Below are positions 10,707-23,407 of a stretch of 36,973 nucleotides of DNA, piece by piece. The notes below the pieces were generated by a model. It did no database searches, was not told where the DNA came from, and saw only the letters and a list, made by a program, of their open reading frames with translations. Source of the stretch: Tubiluchus corallicola (Eukaryota; Animalia; Priapulida). The stretch covers positions 1 to 36,973 of the forward strand of contig JAQGDQ010001512.1 in assembly GCA_030141605.1 (NCBI GenBank), read 5' to 3'. Position numbers and translations under genes: made by a program. Numbering within the stretch: the first letter of the stretch is position 1; each line of letters opens with the position of its first letter.

Positions 10707-13700
10707 CGGTAGTAGTAGTAGTAATGGTGTTGGTGGTGCAGTGGTAAAGTGGTGCGGTGGCGTTGGCGTGTGTTGCTGTTGGTGTTGGTGGTATTGGTGG
10801 TGGTGGTGGAGGTTTTGATAGTGTTGTGGTATGTATTAGAAATGAACGGGTAGATAAAATATAAAAAGACGATAGAATTTCGAACTATTAAACTAATTTA
10901 TTTACTTACTAGCCACCTTCTTGTGTTGCACCATGTCCACTGACAATGACTTTTGAAGCGGTGCTTCCGGTAAAACCACATTCTGCAAAAAAGAACACAA
11001 TTACAAAAAGGCGTTGCATATCTTCGATGCATTTCGATTCAGTGTAATTCATGAATAATTATATTGATAGTTTTCTACATGTTTGCAGCGTGTTAACGTA
11101 GCAGAACTAGACGGTAAAATTAATGCAAAACCTTTTCAAGTTTTATACACCGCTACTGCTAACGCAAGCTTTGCATAAGGCAGTATTATAAGCCGCACAA
11201 AATTTCAAGAAGAATTTTTTTAAACTTTGCTTATGGAGAGTGTTTTCTTGCTTTCTTAATCCAAATCAAGTTTGTCTACACTTCCAGAAAAGCTTACTGC
11301 TCCTAAGGAACACCTGGTGAGTGTTTTTTATAGATCTTTTACTGGATAAAGATAAACGTGACTAAAGTAGAAGTGTGTTTATAGTTTACTATACGAATAA
11401 CCGCGCGGTATGGACAGGTAACATCTTTGTATTACTTAGACACAATTAAAGTTTTCAATATCTAGTATTTTGTGACCTATATTTCATATTTTCGTGCAGA
11501 ATGTACTACTAATGTACATCAAGACATCAGTACATCACGACGGGATATTTAAAATATTATTATTTGGTACAATAAGCATTAAGAGGTGTTGGTGCTGCAC
11601 GCCACACATAGCCTTTAGATTTGTATAAGTCTACTTACGTTCTTCCTGTTCCAGAGCAATAGTATTCGCGTTGTCAGTGCATATTATAGGTGATGCCAGT
11701 TTCAGGAGGGCTATGTCATTCCGTAAGGTATTTCCACTGTAGGATTCGTGTTTGTAGCTTGCAACAACCTGAAACGGCATTATCATTCAGCTTCTGATAA
11801 ATGTGACAGGGTTTGACAATCAGTGATGGTTAAACAATAAAAATTATTTGTGAAAGTGTAATAAAGGTTTGACAATCAGTGATGATGGTTAAACAATAAA
11901 AATTATTTGTGCAAGCGTAATAATAGTTAAACAATGAAAATTGTTTGTAAAAATGTAATGAAGTAAGACAATTAGTGATGGTTAAACAATGAAAATTATT
12001 TGTAAAAATATAATAAGGTTTGACAATCAGTGATGGTTAAACAATGAAAAACATCTGTATAAATGAAATAAGGTTTGACAACCACTGATAGTGAAACAAT
12101 GAAAATTATTTGAAAAATTTACATCAATTTAAGTTGCTTAGGTTTTTCACTGATTCTGTGTATATGTGTAAATAATGTTCTAACCTGTCTAAAATTTTCG
12201 TTAGTATTCATTCCACTAAAAGTGTTGCTCCCGTAAGCGACCCAAATACTGTTGCCACTAAACAAATAAACAAGCAAAAGACCTAAAATATACATGACGC
12301 AACTATAATAGATAACGCCTACTGGTCTCATAATAGGGATTTTGTTTTAAGTAGTTAAAGGACTTTAGTTAACTAACTAAGGGGCCGGCTCTAAGTTATC
12401 TGACTACATAGGCAGAAGTGGTTTAGCGCCCCTCCTCAAAGATCAACTCCTCTCAACACACCCCTAAAAGTGAATATTTTTGTATAATGTAATAAAAAAG
12501 TATAATCTGTGTGTTACGCTAATACAAGTATTATACTGTACTAATTAAGTGTAGTTAATTACCAATCCAGAGTTGTGTTGAAATTCAAATTGAATTTATG
12601 ACCCTACGGTAAGGTGTAGTAAGGAACTTTATTAACGGAAGACCATAAGCACTTTCTGAGATCTGCAGTCCTATGCATACAATAGAAATTAAGTGCAACA
12701 AATCAGAGAACACGTCAGAATATAGTATGAGTGAAGAAAGAAGTCGTATGTAGTTCATTTCATTTAGTTAAGTGTTGTGTGCTGAAGTTATGTTATGCCA
12801 ACTGAAAGGTTAACGAATTACTTTCAGAATTTGTCGCCCCCACAAAAAATGGGAGCCATAGGCAACGGCGTTGTTTGTCTAGGGATAGAGACGGTCCTAC
12901 ATTCGCCACAGAACATAGAGAAGAGACGTCCGTCTGTTCTGAGCTGAACTGAACAGTGTCGTTCATCAAAGGCTTTGGTAGTTTCTTTTGGGTGAGTGAA
13001 AGAATTAATGACTCGGCTCAGAGTGTCAATATATGCACCTGTCTTCGAGCGTAGATCTGAGATTGTCAGTCAGAATTTGGTTTGGTAGCAGCACAGCACT
13101 ACCGCCTAGAAATACGCCTATTTTTTGCTGCGAAGGCCTCGAAGAAAGAGCGGCAACAATCAACCGAAATTGCACTTAAAGGACAAGAAAAGGGGTGCCT
13201 GAAGTAGGTTTCAGAAAAGTCGCCTTAAAAATTATATTGCTTTGTAGCAATTTTATGCGTATATCACATCGAAACGATTTTTTGTTGTTTTCATTTTAAA
13301 TCTCCTGCAATACCGTTCCGACCGCGCCATTATATACGTACAACGTAAATCAGGGGAAGAAAAGGAAATGTTACTACTTCAAAAAAAAACTTTCCATTCA
13401 AAGTTATATTACTTTGCATTTCGCTTACCTGCTGAAAGACTTATGTAACTAAAAAAGAAAACAATTAGTTATTTAAAATCTTTCCACCACTTGGTAAAAT
13501 GTCGTTAACACACCACCAGGGTGGGTCACTCACTAACTAAAAAACGTATTTTTAATCTTATTGTGGCAGCCGTTCTGCATTAGGCGAACAATTGTTTTAC
13601 AGTGCTTTTATATCTAGAAGAAAATTGATGTTCTTGTTTAAGTGCTGCCACCTGGTTAGGTAGGTGAGTTGGCTTGAGCAGCAGTAGTTAGACTACCATG

Positions 13701-16700
13701 ATTTATGTTGATACGTTCCAGAATTGCTAATATTTTCCTTTCAAGATTTGAGCCTTTTTGCTGGATCTGCTTCATTACATTAATGTTTCATAGCCGCAAC
13801 AATGTAACTGTTGATAATTACCTTGAATTGTACGAATAACTACTTTGTTGAACGTATTAATAAGCTAACATAACACATTTTTATCAAAATGTTCTATTTT
13901 AAATTCAAGTAATAATAAATTTTTACAGAATAACTGCAACATCAAAAGTTGCCTAATGTGACGTTCGATTTTTAGTACTGTTTGTTTTGGGGTTATTTGG
14001 ATGAATCGGTTGCAAGAAATCGACATTTATTCGTGAACACATGGTTTTGTAATTTTATTTTATTAACAGAAATAAAGACTTCTGTGGATACCATCAAGAT
14101 TTATGGAATTTCGCTATTCACTGTAACACTTATTAACATAGTAATTAAAAAATTTTATTTAGTTAGTGACGTGTGTGCACGAATGCTCTGATTATTTTTT
14201 CAAACTTTATTCAGTGTTATCTAAACTTGTTTTAAATGACTTATCATCAAAATGGCTGCGTCTAACGGGAATTTAAATTTACGTGTTTTATATAGCGTTA
14301 CTGCCGACACAAACCCTGTATTGAAAAACGCAATACAAAGGTGGTATAAAATTTCAACACGAATTTTTTAAGCCTTATTTAAGTGAAGGTGTTTCTTGGC
14401 TTTAACCTAATGTAACCAAACCATTTATAACGTTGTTTGGTTTGCATTATTAAAATTTAAGAGTGGCATGTAAGTCCTGATAGTGAATCTTAGTGTGATA
14501 TTTTGGACAACAGGGGGGAGGCAAAGCACCTACATTACCTTTCGTAGGCCTACTTACGAAATACAATGCGCTGCCGTCAAAATCCAGTCTCTACAGATAA
14601 AGGTACCTCCACAGAAAGGCGATCCATTGCTGGTTATTAGGACAACCTGGAGCAAAAATGTACATACATATAATTATAGCAGAAGTTTATGTTTGTATAC
14701 TTCTGTTTGTATCAAAATTCTTAGCTTACAGCTTAGCTTAATATAACTATTATTCGAATTTAAAATCAAGTTAAACGAAACTAACTGTTTGTCACATGCA
14801 AAAAATAACATGAACATTAGCATTAGCTTTAGCCTTAGCCTTAACCTTAACCTTAACCACAACCTTAACCTTACGCTTAATATTAGCATTAACATTAGCA
14901 TTAACGTTAAGCATTAACGTTAACGTTAGCGTAAAGTTTATATATAATTGTAAAGTCTTTTTATCACTTAAGCACTGTTTTATTTCAGTAGATTAGTTTT
15001 GTTATATGAGTCGGCTTAATAGCTCTTGGGAGTTAAAGTTTTTTATGTTTATGAAAAACCTGACTTTAAATGAAGTTTGATTTGATTTGAGTTTAAGATT
15101 GGGTCCGGTTTTGCTTTAAACCGAGTCTAGACCGAATTATTGTAGCCTAAAGTTCTCAATATGTAAGTGTGTAGTTTGTTGACTATACACGAGGAACGAG
15201 GTAAACGCCACAATCGATATATTAGTGATTTTAGTACAAATGTCACTTTAGCACATTTTCTACTCAAGATTACAGCAATAAAAACCGTGCTATGACTATA
15301 AGGTAATATTTAACATATTTTAAAGAACACAACGGTCAAGCAAAATGCCTACATGCAGAACTGATGTCACACCATTTATACACTTTACTACACGTCATTC
15401 ACTTCATACTAATTAGCACGTCAACGTAAAAGTTGCAAAATTTCATGACATATTATGCAACAATTTGGGTGCTCAAAGAAGTGAGTTAAATCAGCAGAGT
15501 TTAGATTGTCTAGCGGTTCTAATATTAGATGTTAAGGGGCATGTCTGTATAACGTGTTTCTCAGTTTGAATGTCCCCACAAGGACATAACCTATTTTCCC
15601 ATGGCTGTCTCGCCCATCTACCATCTATCCGCAGCCTATGTGATTGAAGATTCATTCTTGTGAAGCTTCTCCGATGGTACTCAAATATTGTCGGTTCAAT
15701 AACAAGAGTTAAATAATTGTCTTTCGGAGATTATATTTTATAAAGGTAGAAGTGGCGTGGAGAGACAAGATTTAGCTCACCTGGTGTGGAAACTGGCCAG
15801 CTTGTGCGGGATCACCTCCGACAATGAAATTACTCGTGTCTCCCCTGTACGTTCGAATTCTTCTTCCTTGAACTACAAAAAAACAACGTCTGATTTTGTA
15901 CGCCTGTCATAGTGCAAAAATGGTGGCCGATAATAATCAGCATTGTAATTTTTCAAGTAAAATAATATAATTTAATTTATTTTCACATCAGTAAGAACTG
16001 CGGAACTGTTTAACATTCTTCAACTCGCTAAAATGTCTACTTTTTTCATCGCTGGACGATATAATATGTATAATATTGTATATACAAAGGTGGCGCAAAA
16101 AGCGTGCAGAAGATTTCATAACGGAATCGCTTCAAAAACGCCACGTGGATCATGTAGACGCTTGCGCACAAACGTCAATAATTTTAGTGTCATTCCTGTA
16201 GATTTTTTTCCCAAATTTACAGAAGTTTCAAAACGACAAGTCAAAGAATAAATGACGGAAAAAGTTTGTGTGTCACTGTTGTTGAAATTTTCTACAAAGT
16301 TTTCATCGCAAATCAGACGAACACTTTTCGTTCAGCAGTTGACAGTTTTTCACTTCTTTAAGGGGCCTTTGTCTTTACTTCTCTACACAAAACGGTATTG
16401 TGCATTGGTCGTACAGTTTCTCCTTAATTAAAGGAAATTGAGATCAGCGGGGGCCCGTAGTTAAAATTAGTGGGGATGCTGCGAAATTAAAAAAATTATA
16501 ACTATCGTTTTAATACTGTGTAAAACGAAACAAACATATGTAAATATAATGTTGTAATTGTAATTTTAAACAAATGAACTAATTTAAACGTAACCTCGAT
16601 AAACTCCTAAACAAAAATATTGTTTTCTTACGAATAACTTGAATTGTCACAGTTCAAGAATATACGCCTGCTTTTAAACACGTGACAACTGACAGCACGT

Positions 16701-18910
16701 ACTGCATTGAGTGACAGTGCTCTTTCTATCTAAAGTACAGCGTGTTATCTCAGACATGTGCGCATGTCCGTATACGCACAGCAGCCAAACACCGAATTAC
16801 TTGGGCTGTGAAGCAAATTTGTATTTCCCTCACGTGCTCCGGTTCCGCACAAATATAAATAAAGAACTAAAAAAAAGATTGTTATGTTGAATATTATCAA
16901 TAATAATGAGTGAAAACAGGGGGTGCTGCAGTACCACAGTACCTATACACGAACCGCCACTGTTTGAGATACCATAATTCAGAGAATAACAATCATTTTT
17001 TCTGGACAACAAATCTTAATCAGGACTTTATTCTCTGTGAACGAAGACAATGTTGTAAATTGGGTTGATTTCCTTGCTGTTTTGCTGTCATGTATTGAGG
17101 TGCTTCATACGTCAACTTCACTGTTTTTCAATAATTGATGATTTTAATGATTAGTGCACATTAGTTGTTGTGGCATTTAATTTTTTAACTTGAAAATGTT
17201 GAAAATGGCGGCCATAACCTAAAAAAAACTACTAAAATTCTACATTTGCAAGTTTCGCAGCCAAAAGCTAATGTACTGTAATATCAGGTTGTGAACTTTC
17301 AGTTCTGTAGGATTCACTTCAGAAATCTCCTATCAATAATATTGTCGCCTAAACTTTAACACATTTTTTCTGCACTACCCGATATATAAATCGTTACTTG
17401 TCACAGAACAGACGTCCTGATATTTGGCAAAAATATTACAGTAGACAACCGTCTGTAATAGCAGATACAACTTATGCAGCGCTAGTTTCAAATTATTACT
17501 ATAGGCCTAGGGTAATGTCACAGCTGTGCAGTATAATTATTTTTTCTACTCATATATGCATGTTCTTTGCCTTATTTAAAAAGTTTTCATCAGGCCTAGT
17601 CATAATGGAAAAATTCGACGTACGATTTAACCGTTGCAGAACTTTACAAGTGCGGTGGGGGTGCTAGCGGCACCTAGTTAACGTTTGTGAAATCTTTTTA
17701 GTTTCAACCGTGTTTAACTTTGTCATTCATTACAGCCAATCACATATCTGAAGCCAACTTTAGGTATAGTCACATGACTTTCATGACCTGTTTTACTTAC
17801 GCGATTAACTTTTTCTTACTGCCGCAGTTCTGGTGAACCATCAAATACTGTTTTGTTATCCAGGATGCCATTTGTTAACCAAATTATAAGCTCTGTTAAT
17901 TAATTTAGACAAAATTATCTTTATCTTGTAAATTATCGCAATAATCTGCTATTTTGCTACAGATCAGAAATCAATTAGAAACACGTCATATATTTACTTA
18001 GCTGCTGTAATTTCCCCCTTTTAATCTGTCGATTATTTTTCTATGATTTGCTTCTCTTTGTTGTTGAATCACATCTTTATACTGAATAGATTAATTTCAG
18101 GTTTATCGCGCCCGGTAATGCCGGATTTTTCTTTTGGATATTTTACTTGGGTCGCATCCACTTACAGTTAGCAGATTGCTGGCGCCGCAAGAAATATTAT
18201 TCTAGAAATTGCGATGTTTTAATATCAATTTCTATTTAATTGCTGCTTATTTTTAAAACCTTTTTACGCCCAATTAGGTTTTACAAGTGTCAAATAATTG
18301 CAGCACTAAGCATGGCCGGCGCTAGACAGTGCGAGGCTCAGTTACATAATCGTTTACATAGTGGCCCTTTACCCTACGAAAGCTGAGGATTGATGTTTTA
18401 TGCTTCATATAGTACGCCAGTCTCTGTCAAAAGTATTGAGGTCTTGAGGTTCTTACCGTTAGCCAGACTTATATACCAAAAAATAAAAACCCACATAACA
18501 GTTTTAATGTTTAATTACAGGTGGGGATATTACTGACATACTGTCTGCGCATAGGCCTTCTGAGAACAGAGATTTCCGGCTTTTTTATCCGAGAAATCTT
18601 TCAAAATCAATAGTTTTTGTAAAGTCGTTTTCCACAGATAGCATTGCCAAATGATTTAGTTTCTGTTGTGACCCTTCTTTAAGCTGACTAGTATTTTTTA
18701 ATCTGTGCTGGGGGTTTGAATGTCGTCCACAAAATTGGGAAATTAAAATCCAATGACGATCTAACTATCATAGGGTTCGCCAATTACATTTCTTAAAGGT
18801 ACTGTCTAATGCTAAGAGAAGTCAATGCTAGGATAATAAACACAACATAACTTACCAGTTGCTATGGCTGCGAGGAACGCTAGTAAAAATACTCCAACCG
18901 CTCCAGACAT
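8293..18910 (-). CDS. Secreted trypsin-like serine protease (peptidase S1A), 8 exons, 371 aa, with acidic repeat tail
   Basis: join(18910-18856, 15872-15781, 14646-14558, 12257-12185, 11768-11639, 10982-10910, 10257-10131, 8769-8293). All introns GT-AG, phases 1,0,2,0,1,2,0 compatible, 1116 nt. Signal [21 protein letters not shown], propeptide [13 protein letters not shown], then [42 protein letters not shown]. Asp189/Gly216/Gly226 indicate trypsin specificity. Confidence 0.96.
8320..8586 (-). repeat. Coding 30-bp tandem repeat, 9 units of about [10 protein letters not shown]
   Basis: Exact 30-bp periodicity over 8341-8580; one DDGT unit, seven DNGS units and one DNGG unit. Confidence 0.97.
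10131..10257 (-). CDS. Trypsin-like protease exon 7
   Basis: TTACAG|[43 protein letters not shown]|GTAAC. Confidence 0.95.
10601..10810. repeat. (GCA)/(GTA)n/(GGT) trinucleotide microsatellite in intron 6
   Basis: Direct reading. Confidence 0.95.
10910..10982 (-). CDS. Trypsin-like protease exon 6
   Basis: TTGCAG|[27 protein letters not shown]|GTAAGT. Confidence 0.93.
11135..11259 (+). mobile_element. Degenerate right-end fragment of Kolobok-type family K2 in intron 5
   Basis: TTCAAGTTTTATACA...AAATTTCAAG...GAGTGTTTTCTTG similar to about 20059-20205. Confidence 0.6.
11639..11768 (-). CDS. Trypsin-like protease exon 5 (catalytic Asp)
   Basis: TTTCAG|[44 protein letters not shown]|GTAAGT. 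Confidence 0.95.
11810..12117. repeat. About 55-bp minisatellite, about 6 diverged copies, in intron 4
   Basis: Unit GGTTTGACAATCAGTGATGGTTAAACAAT(A/G)AAAATTATTTGT...TAATAA recurs; one copy is truncated. Confidence 0.92.
12185..12257 (-). CDS. Trypsin-like protease exon 4
   Basis: GTTTAG|[25 protein letters not shown]|GTTAG. Confidence 0.92.
12380..12899. mobile_element. Possible old hAT-type MITE in intron 3
   Basis: Ends AGGGGCCGGCTCTA and revcomp TAGGACCGTCTCTA (10/14 match); no recognisable TSD. Confidence 0.35.
13180..14401 (+). mobile_element. Full-span Kolobok-type non-autonomous element (family K2) in intron 3
   Basis: TTAA|AGGACAAGAAAA ... GTTTCTTGGCT|TTAA. A TTAA TSD with RR...YY termini is the Kolobok signature; both ends are homologous to other copies in the window. 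Confidence 0.75.
14558..14646 (-). CDS. Trypsin-like protease exon 3 (catalytic His)
   Basis: CTCCAG|[31 protein letters not shown]|GTAAGT. Confidence 0.96.
14812..14932. repeat. Degenerate hexamer repeat (TTAGCA/TTAGCC/TTAACC)
   Basis: Direct reading. Confidence 0.85.
15089..15115 (+). mobile_element. Solo right terminus of Kolobok-type family K1
   Basis: GAGTTTAAGATTGGGTCCGGTTTTGCT|TTAA matches about 20944-20976 and 31681-31705. Confidence 0.7.
15781..15872 (-). CDS. Trypsin-like protease exon 2 (propeptide and IVGG)
   Basis: TTGTAG|[32 protein letters not shown]|GTGAG. Confidence 0.96.
16445..16962. mobile_element. hAT-type MITE (518 bp) in intron 1
   Basis: Imperfect TIRs CAGCGGGGGCCCGT and revcomp CAGTGGCGGTTCGT; 8-bp TSD ATTGAGAT (16437-16444) versus TTTGAGAT (16963-16970). 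Confidence 0.8.
18856..18910 (-). CDS. Trypsin-like protease exon 1 (signal peptide)
   Basis: [19 protein letters not shown]|GTAAGT; phase 1 matches exon 2; TATA box about 85 nt upstream. Confidence 0.92.
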
Positions 18911-18991
18911 GATGTGAATTTACAATCGTGATCCAGCACTCCGGTATTAAGAGGTTTTGAAAAAGTTGTATCTGAGCCTCAGACACTTCAG

Positions 18992-19100
18992 TTTTTATAC
19001 GACTCAAATGGTGACGTCTTTTGTGACATTTTCGTGCCATTGCTACCGGATTCAAAACAGGTAAATAAGTATTTGTAAACAAATTTATCCTGTTGTGTAG
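18992..19100 (-). promoter_or_regulatory. TATA box (TATAAAAA 18999-18992) and conserved proximal promoter
   Basis: Position relative to the ATG and conservation with the paralogue promoter at 1337-1445. Confidence 0.8.
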
Positions 19101-19308
19101 AAAATAATACCACCCAACAGCCGGAATCCGGACACTGGAAGTTGTTTGTTAGTGAAATGAAACCTGTGTAGGGCACGGCACATTCGACATTCAAACACTC
19201 AGTGACATTCAAATACTTGTTTTTTCTGCATTTGTTTTTCTTAAAACCATAAAGAGAATTGTAAACGTACAATTAATATTTTTTTAATATTACAATATTA
19301 TGTCTTAA

Positions 19309-20205
19309 AGAAGAAGAAAAGGTAATAGAGCAGCTGATAAAGTTAGCATTACTCTTACTTCTCTCAAAGACTTATGTAATTGGAAAAGAATTTTTTAATA
19401 TTTTTAAAATATTCACGCCACTTAGTAAACCGGCACTGCTTTACCACGTGCGCTGACACACCAAAAACACAATACTGATCTTATTGGCCATATAAAGTAA
19501 TTTAAACTTTTACTTAGTTAGTGAAGAATGAACTACGAATGCTATGATTATTTTTCCAAAATTTATGCAATGGTATCTAAACTTGTTTCAAGTGACTTAC
19601 CGTCAAAATGGCTGTGCCTAAGAGTCACAGCGGGAGTGTAAAACCCCAACACACTTTGAAGTTTTTAAAGGAATTATTATAATCATACAAAGGATTCATG
19701 TTATTTTTACACAAAAGAAACTTAATGAATTAAATAACTTGTATTTTTCTGGTTAATTTCGAACGCGTGCATTGCCGCAAAGATCGCCATGTTTCGCGTC
19801 TTTGGCGCGAATGAGCGAGAATGACGCACGAGGTACAGAAAGCGTCTTTGGTTACCGATGTTTGTTTACCGATTTTTGTAACCTCGTGACCGCACTCATT
19901 ACGTCATTCGTCTCGTGCAACGAAAAGTGATAAAGTAATCAAAAGAAACAAGTTTTACAGTAAGTTTGTCATAAAATAAGTTGAATATTCGCAATGAGAG
20001 TAGGATTTTAACTTGTAAAAGCTCATATTATAGTGAGGGTTTAGTTTGACTTTAAATGTTCAAGTTTTATACAGATCTAGTTATTCGAGTTACTGATAAT
20101 ACCAGCTCTGTGCACAATAAGACAGCATGTAAGTGATGTGAAATTTCAAGGTGAATTGTTTAAGCCTTCTCAGATTAATGATTATGAAGAGTGTTTTCTT
20201 GTGCT
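19309..20205 (+). mobile_element. Kolobok-type family K2 copy with both TTAA TSDs, interrupted by a foldback insert
   Basis: TTAA|AGAAGAAGAAAAGG ... GTGTTTTCTTGTGCT|TTAA; K2 homology stops near 19640 and resumes near 20050. Confidence 0.75.
19640..20043. mobile_element. Foldback (palindromic) MITE-like insert nested in K2
   Basis: Ends AAACCCCAAC and revcomp AAACCCTCAC; internal inverted pairs such as CACGAGGTAC / GTAACCTCGTG and GAATGACG / CGTCATTC. Boundaries approximate. Confidence 0.5.
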
Positions 20206-20346
20206 TTAAGATGAAGCACAGAATTGTAAGCGTATAACTAATAATTTTTTGGTATCATAACAGTATGCTTTAAGCAGCAATAATAGCTGAAACGCCTTAC
20301 TACTGCAAATCGAAAATTGTATTAAATGCCAGACAGTTTAATTTAA

Positions 20347-20972
20347 AGGAAGACAGGATGGCTTCTCATATCATAGAGATCCCATTTTTAAATATATCAC
20401 AAAATGTATAAATTTTAATACCAATAATACAGCAAAAACATTTTCGATAAATAAATAATAGATTAAAATCTCAACTAACGGCAAACGAGCCCAACTATTG
20501 ATGACATCGCGAACTAACATAATTCTCAACAGTAAAAATGTTCCATGAGCGTGTTGTACGTGTTTGCGAAAGCGAAAATTGAAGTACAGCGCTACTGTAA
20601 GATATTCAGTATGTTGTTCTAAAACTAGGCAAGTTTTAAGATAAAAATTCTAATTTCATATTTATTACTGTGCTCACGTATGAGCTATTGAATGTGTGTA
20701 GTACGTCACAACTGAACAAATCGGAACTGAGAGGTACAGCACCTGTTTTTGTGCAAAGCGTTTTTGAAATACACACCATAGAGTCCGTCTAACTAGACAA
20801 TGGTAAAAATCTACCAACAGCGAAAGACTAGTGGCGTGAATGCGAAACTGCGTTTGTGTGGTAATAATTCTTTCGCGTAATTCATTCTTGAAAAAGTAGT
20901 AAGTTTCCTTTCAATATTTTAAAGAGTAGATTGTTTTGACCTAGAGTTTAAGATTGGGTGTCCAGTTTTGCT
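20347..20972 (+). mobile_element. Kolobok-type non-autonomous element family K1, full length (626 bp)
   Basis: TTAA|AGGAAGACAGGA ... TCCAGTTTTGCT|TTAA; colinear inverted copy at 24106-24734. Confidence 0.85.
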
Positions 20973-21542
20973 TTAAAACAAAATCAAAACGAATAATCAT
21001 TTGAATATTCGCCAAAACAGCTATTTATGCTATTTTATATGAGAAAGATTGCACTGAATTGGGCATGTACTACATCAAGAATCATATTTATAAAGCATTA
21101 GGAAAGCTATTTGACGAAAAAAAACCGGGAGGATGTCGGCTACTGACTTATTGTGATAGAACGCTCATCACAGCACGCTTTCCCTTAAAGGAAAACCGGA
21201 TGATTGTGTAAACACGAGTTTAGAATATATAATGCTCTAAAATATTGAAAACTACAATAGCTTATTTTAAATCAAAGCTCAGATTATATAACAATTCTTC
21301 GGATACTCAATTTTCGTTAAACTTTCAAAGCTACGTGCGGCTAAGTGAATCTACTAAGATTGGCAGAGGTGCCTTTTTGTCAAATAGAAGGTGGTAGCGT
21401 GATAACCATGATCATGAACTGTTGTGTTAGTTTCATGACATCATATGATGTAAAGCCCATTTTTCGTGACATCATGCGTTTAAACAGTAACACTTATGCA
21501 AATGTGCTTGACGCACAAGGGAAGACGCCTGTCATTGTACAA

Positions 21543-21872
<330 letters not shown>

Positions 21873-22390
21873 GAAACTACTTTATATATAGTAAAGGTAT
21901 CGTTTGATTTACATATCATTCCATTGTTTCGTGTATGGATGTCAGAAGAGTTATAGACTGCTTGGCCTCCGCATCTGTTGGTACCGTTCCAACCTGTGAA
22001 AAACGAGGTACCACCTGCTGCTCAATACTACATTAGCTATTAGATAGCAAACTGTTTTTGCTACTGTCTTGTTTCACAAGGAAAAATTATTTCATTAAAC
22101 AGTAAAAATGTTTATTTGGAACTCTCATTCACATTTCTCCTTCCCGAACCTATCTCTCCCCCGCGCACCACGTCACACCACCCCTCAAAACCCATCAGGC
22201 TACTGATTCTGTCAGCTAAGCAACCAGCCTACTTTGTTTCACAAAAAACCCACATCATCGCATCGCTTATTGAATCTGACGCAAGTTCAATTTCCCGTCT
22301 TCCCCCGTCTCATCAGGTAACCGGGATACGTCCCGTCGTGCCAAAGTAATTGCTTTGCACCTGAGTGCAATCAATGTCCTTAAATTGGAC

Positions 22391-22399
22391 TATATAAAG
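22391..22399 (+). promoter_or_regulatory. Candidate TATA box TATATAAAG
   Basis: Canonical TATAWAAR motif 115 nt upstream of ATG 22506. Confidence 0.5.
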
Positions 22400-22505
22400 A
22401 GCAAACGTATAGCCTAACTTGATATTATATCAGGAGAGAAGTCTCATCTTCCAAGCTGCAGGTCACTGATGGTCCAATAAAAAATAAGGAAAATAAAAAT
22501 TTACA

Positions 22506-22581
22506 ATGCAGCAATCAAATTTACTTTTGCAAATTTTAAGTGCCGTGCTGACCATATGTTTGTGCACAGGACTCGCAAACG
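22506..22581 (+). CDS. Candidate first exon (signal peptide) of an unidentified secreted protein or pseudogene
   Basis: ACAATG start; MQQSNLLLQILSAVLTICLCTGLAN-G|GTGAGT (phase 1); upstream TATA. No convincing in-phase exon 2 found. Confidence 0.5.
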
Positions 22582-23407
22582 GTGAGTTTAGAGATCGATT
22601 TTATTTTATTCGTTTATACACACATTCGTGCCTTCTTTTCTTTTCTGATTTATACATTTGCATTAGTTAATTATTTTTTATTTATTTATTCAATCAATTA
22701 TTTACTATTGTATTTGATTATATTATATTATTGTGTATCATATTATATGTTGCATAACTGAAGCATAATGATGATGATTATGATGGCGATGACTACTACC
22801 ACTACGACGACGACGATAATTATGACTTTGACGACAATGCTCGTAAAATATATTACATGTCCTTCCTTTAAAAAACGTTAAATTTATTGGCACACATTAG
22901 TTTTGAGTTTAGCAATAAGCGTAGTATCATTAGCAAAACTAGATTGCCACAATTACTTGAAATGAACGTAAAATTATTTTAAGACATTTAGAGAAGTGGC
23001 ATTAAAACCGAACCTTGAAGAACGCCATTTATATTTTGAAGTCCATTACTTTGAAAGTATTTAGCTTATATACGTCACAATAAAGCATTGCTTGTTTATG
23101 ATATCACCATAAATTAAAATAGTATAATTCTAATTGTTATAATAATAAAATATTAATTGATGATCATATGAGAGCCAAAATTTCTCATTGCAACAAAATT
23201 CACTTTCCAGGTTTTCTTAAACATTGTGCATAGAGCACTGTGTTATGATATCTCGCCCCAAAGATTGGAAAACTTTGAAAGATGAACGATATTCAAGATA
23301 AATTGCCTGCTATAATTTTTTTGTTTGTACAATTAACCACCCACCTTTATATAAAAACCCACACGCACACCCACGTACGCGCCTGCTTCAGGTGGCGCAG
23401 AAACGTG

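Noticed and set aside
14812-14932. Telomere-like hexamers
   Set aside because: Units are TTAACC/TTAGCA variants, not TTAGGG or TTAGG; ordinary degenerate microsatellite.
22291-22316. Minus-strand CTGATGA...GAAA hammerhead-like boxes
   Set aside because: The intervening sequence is a direct repeat and cannot form stem II.
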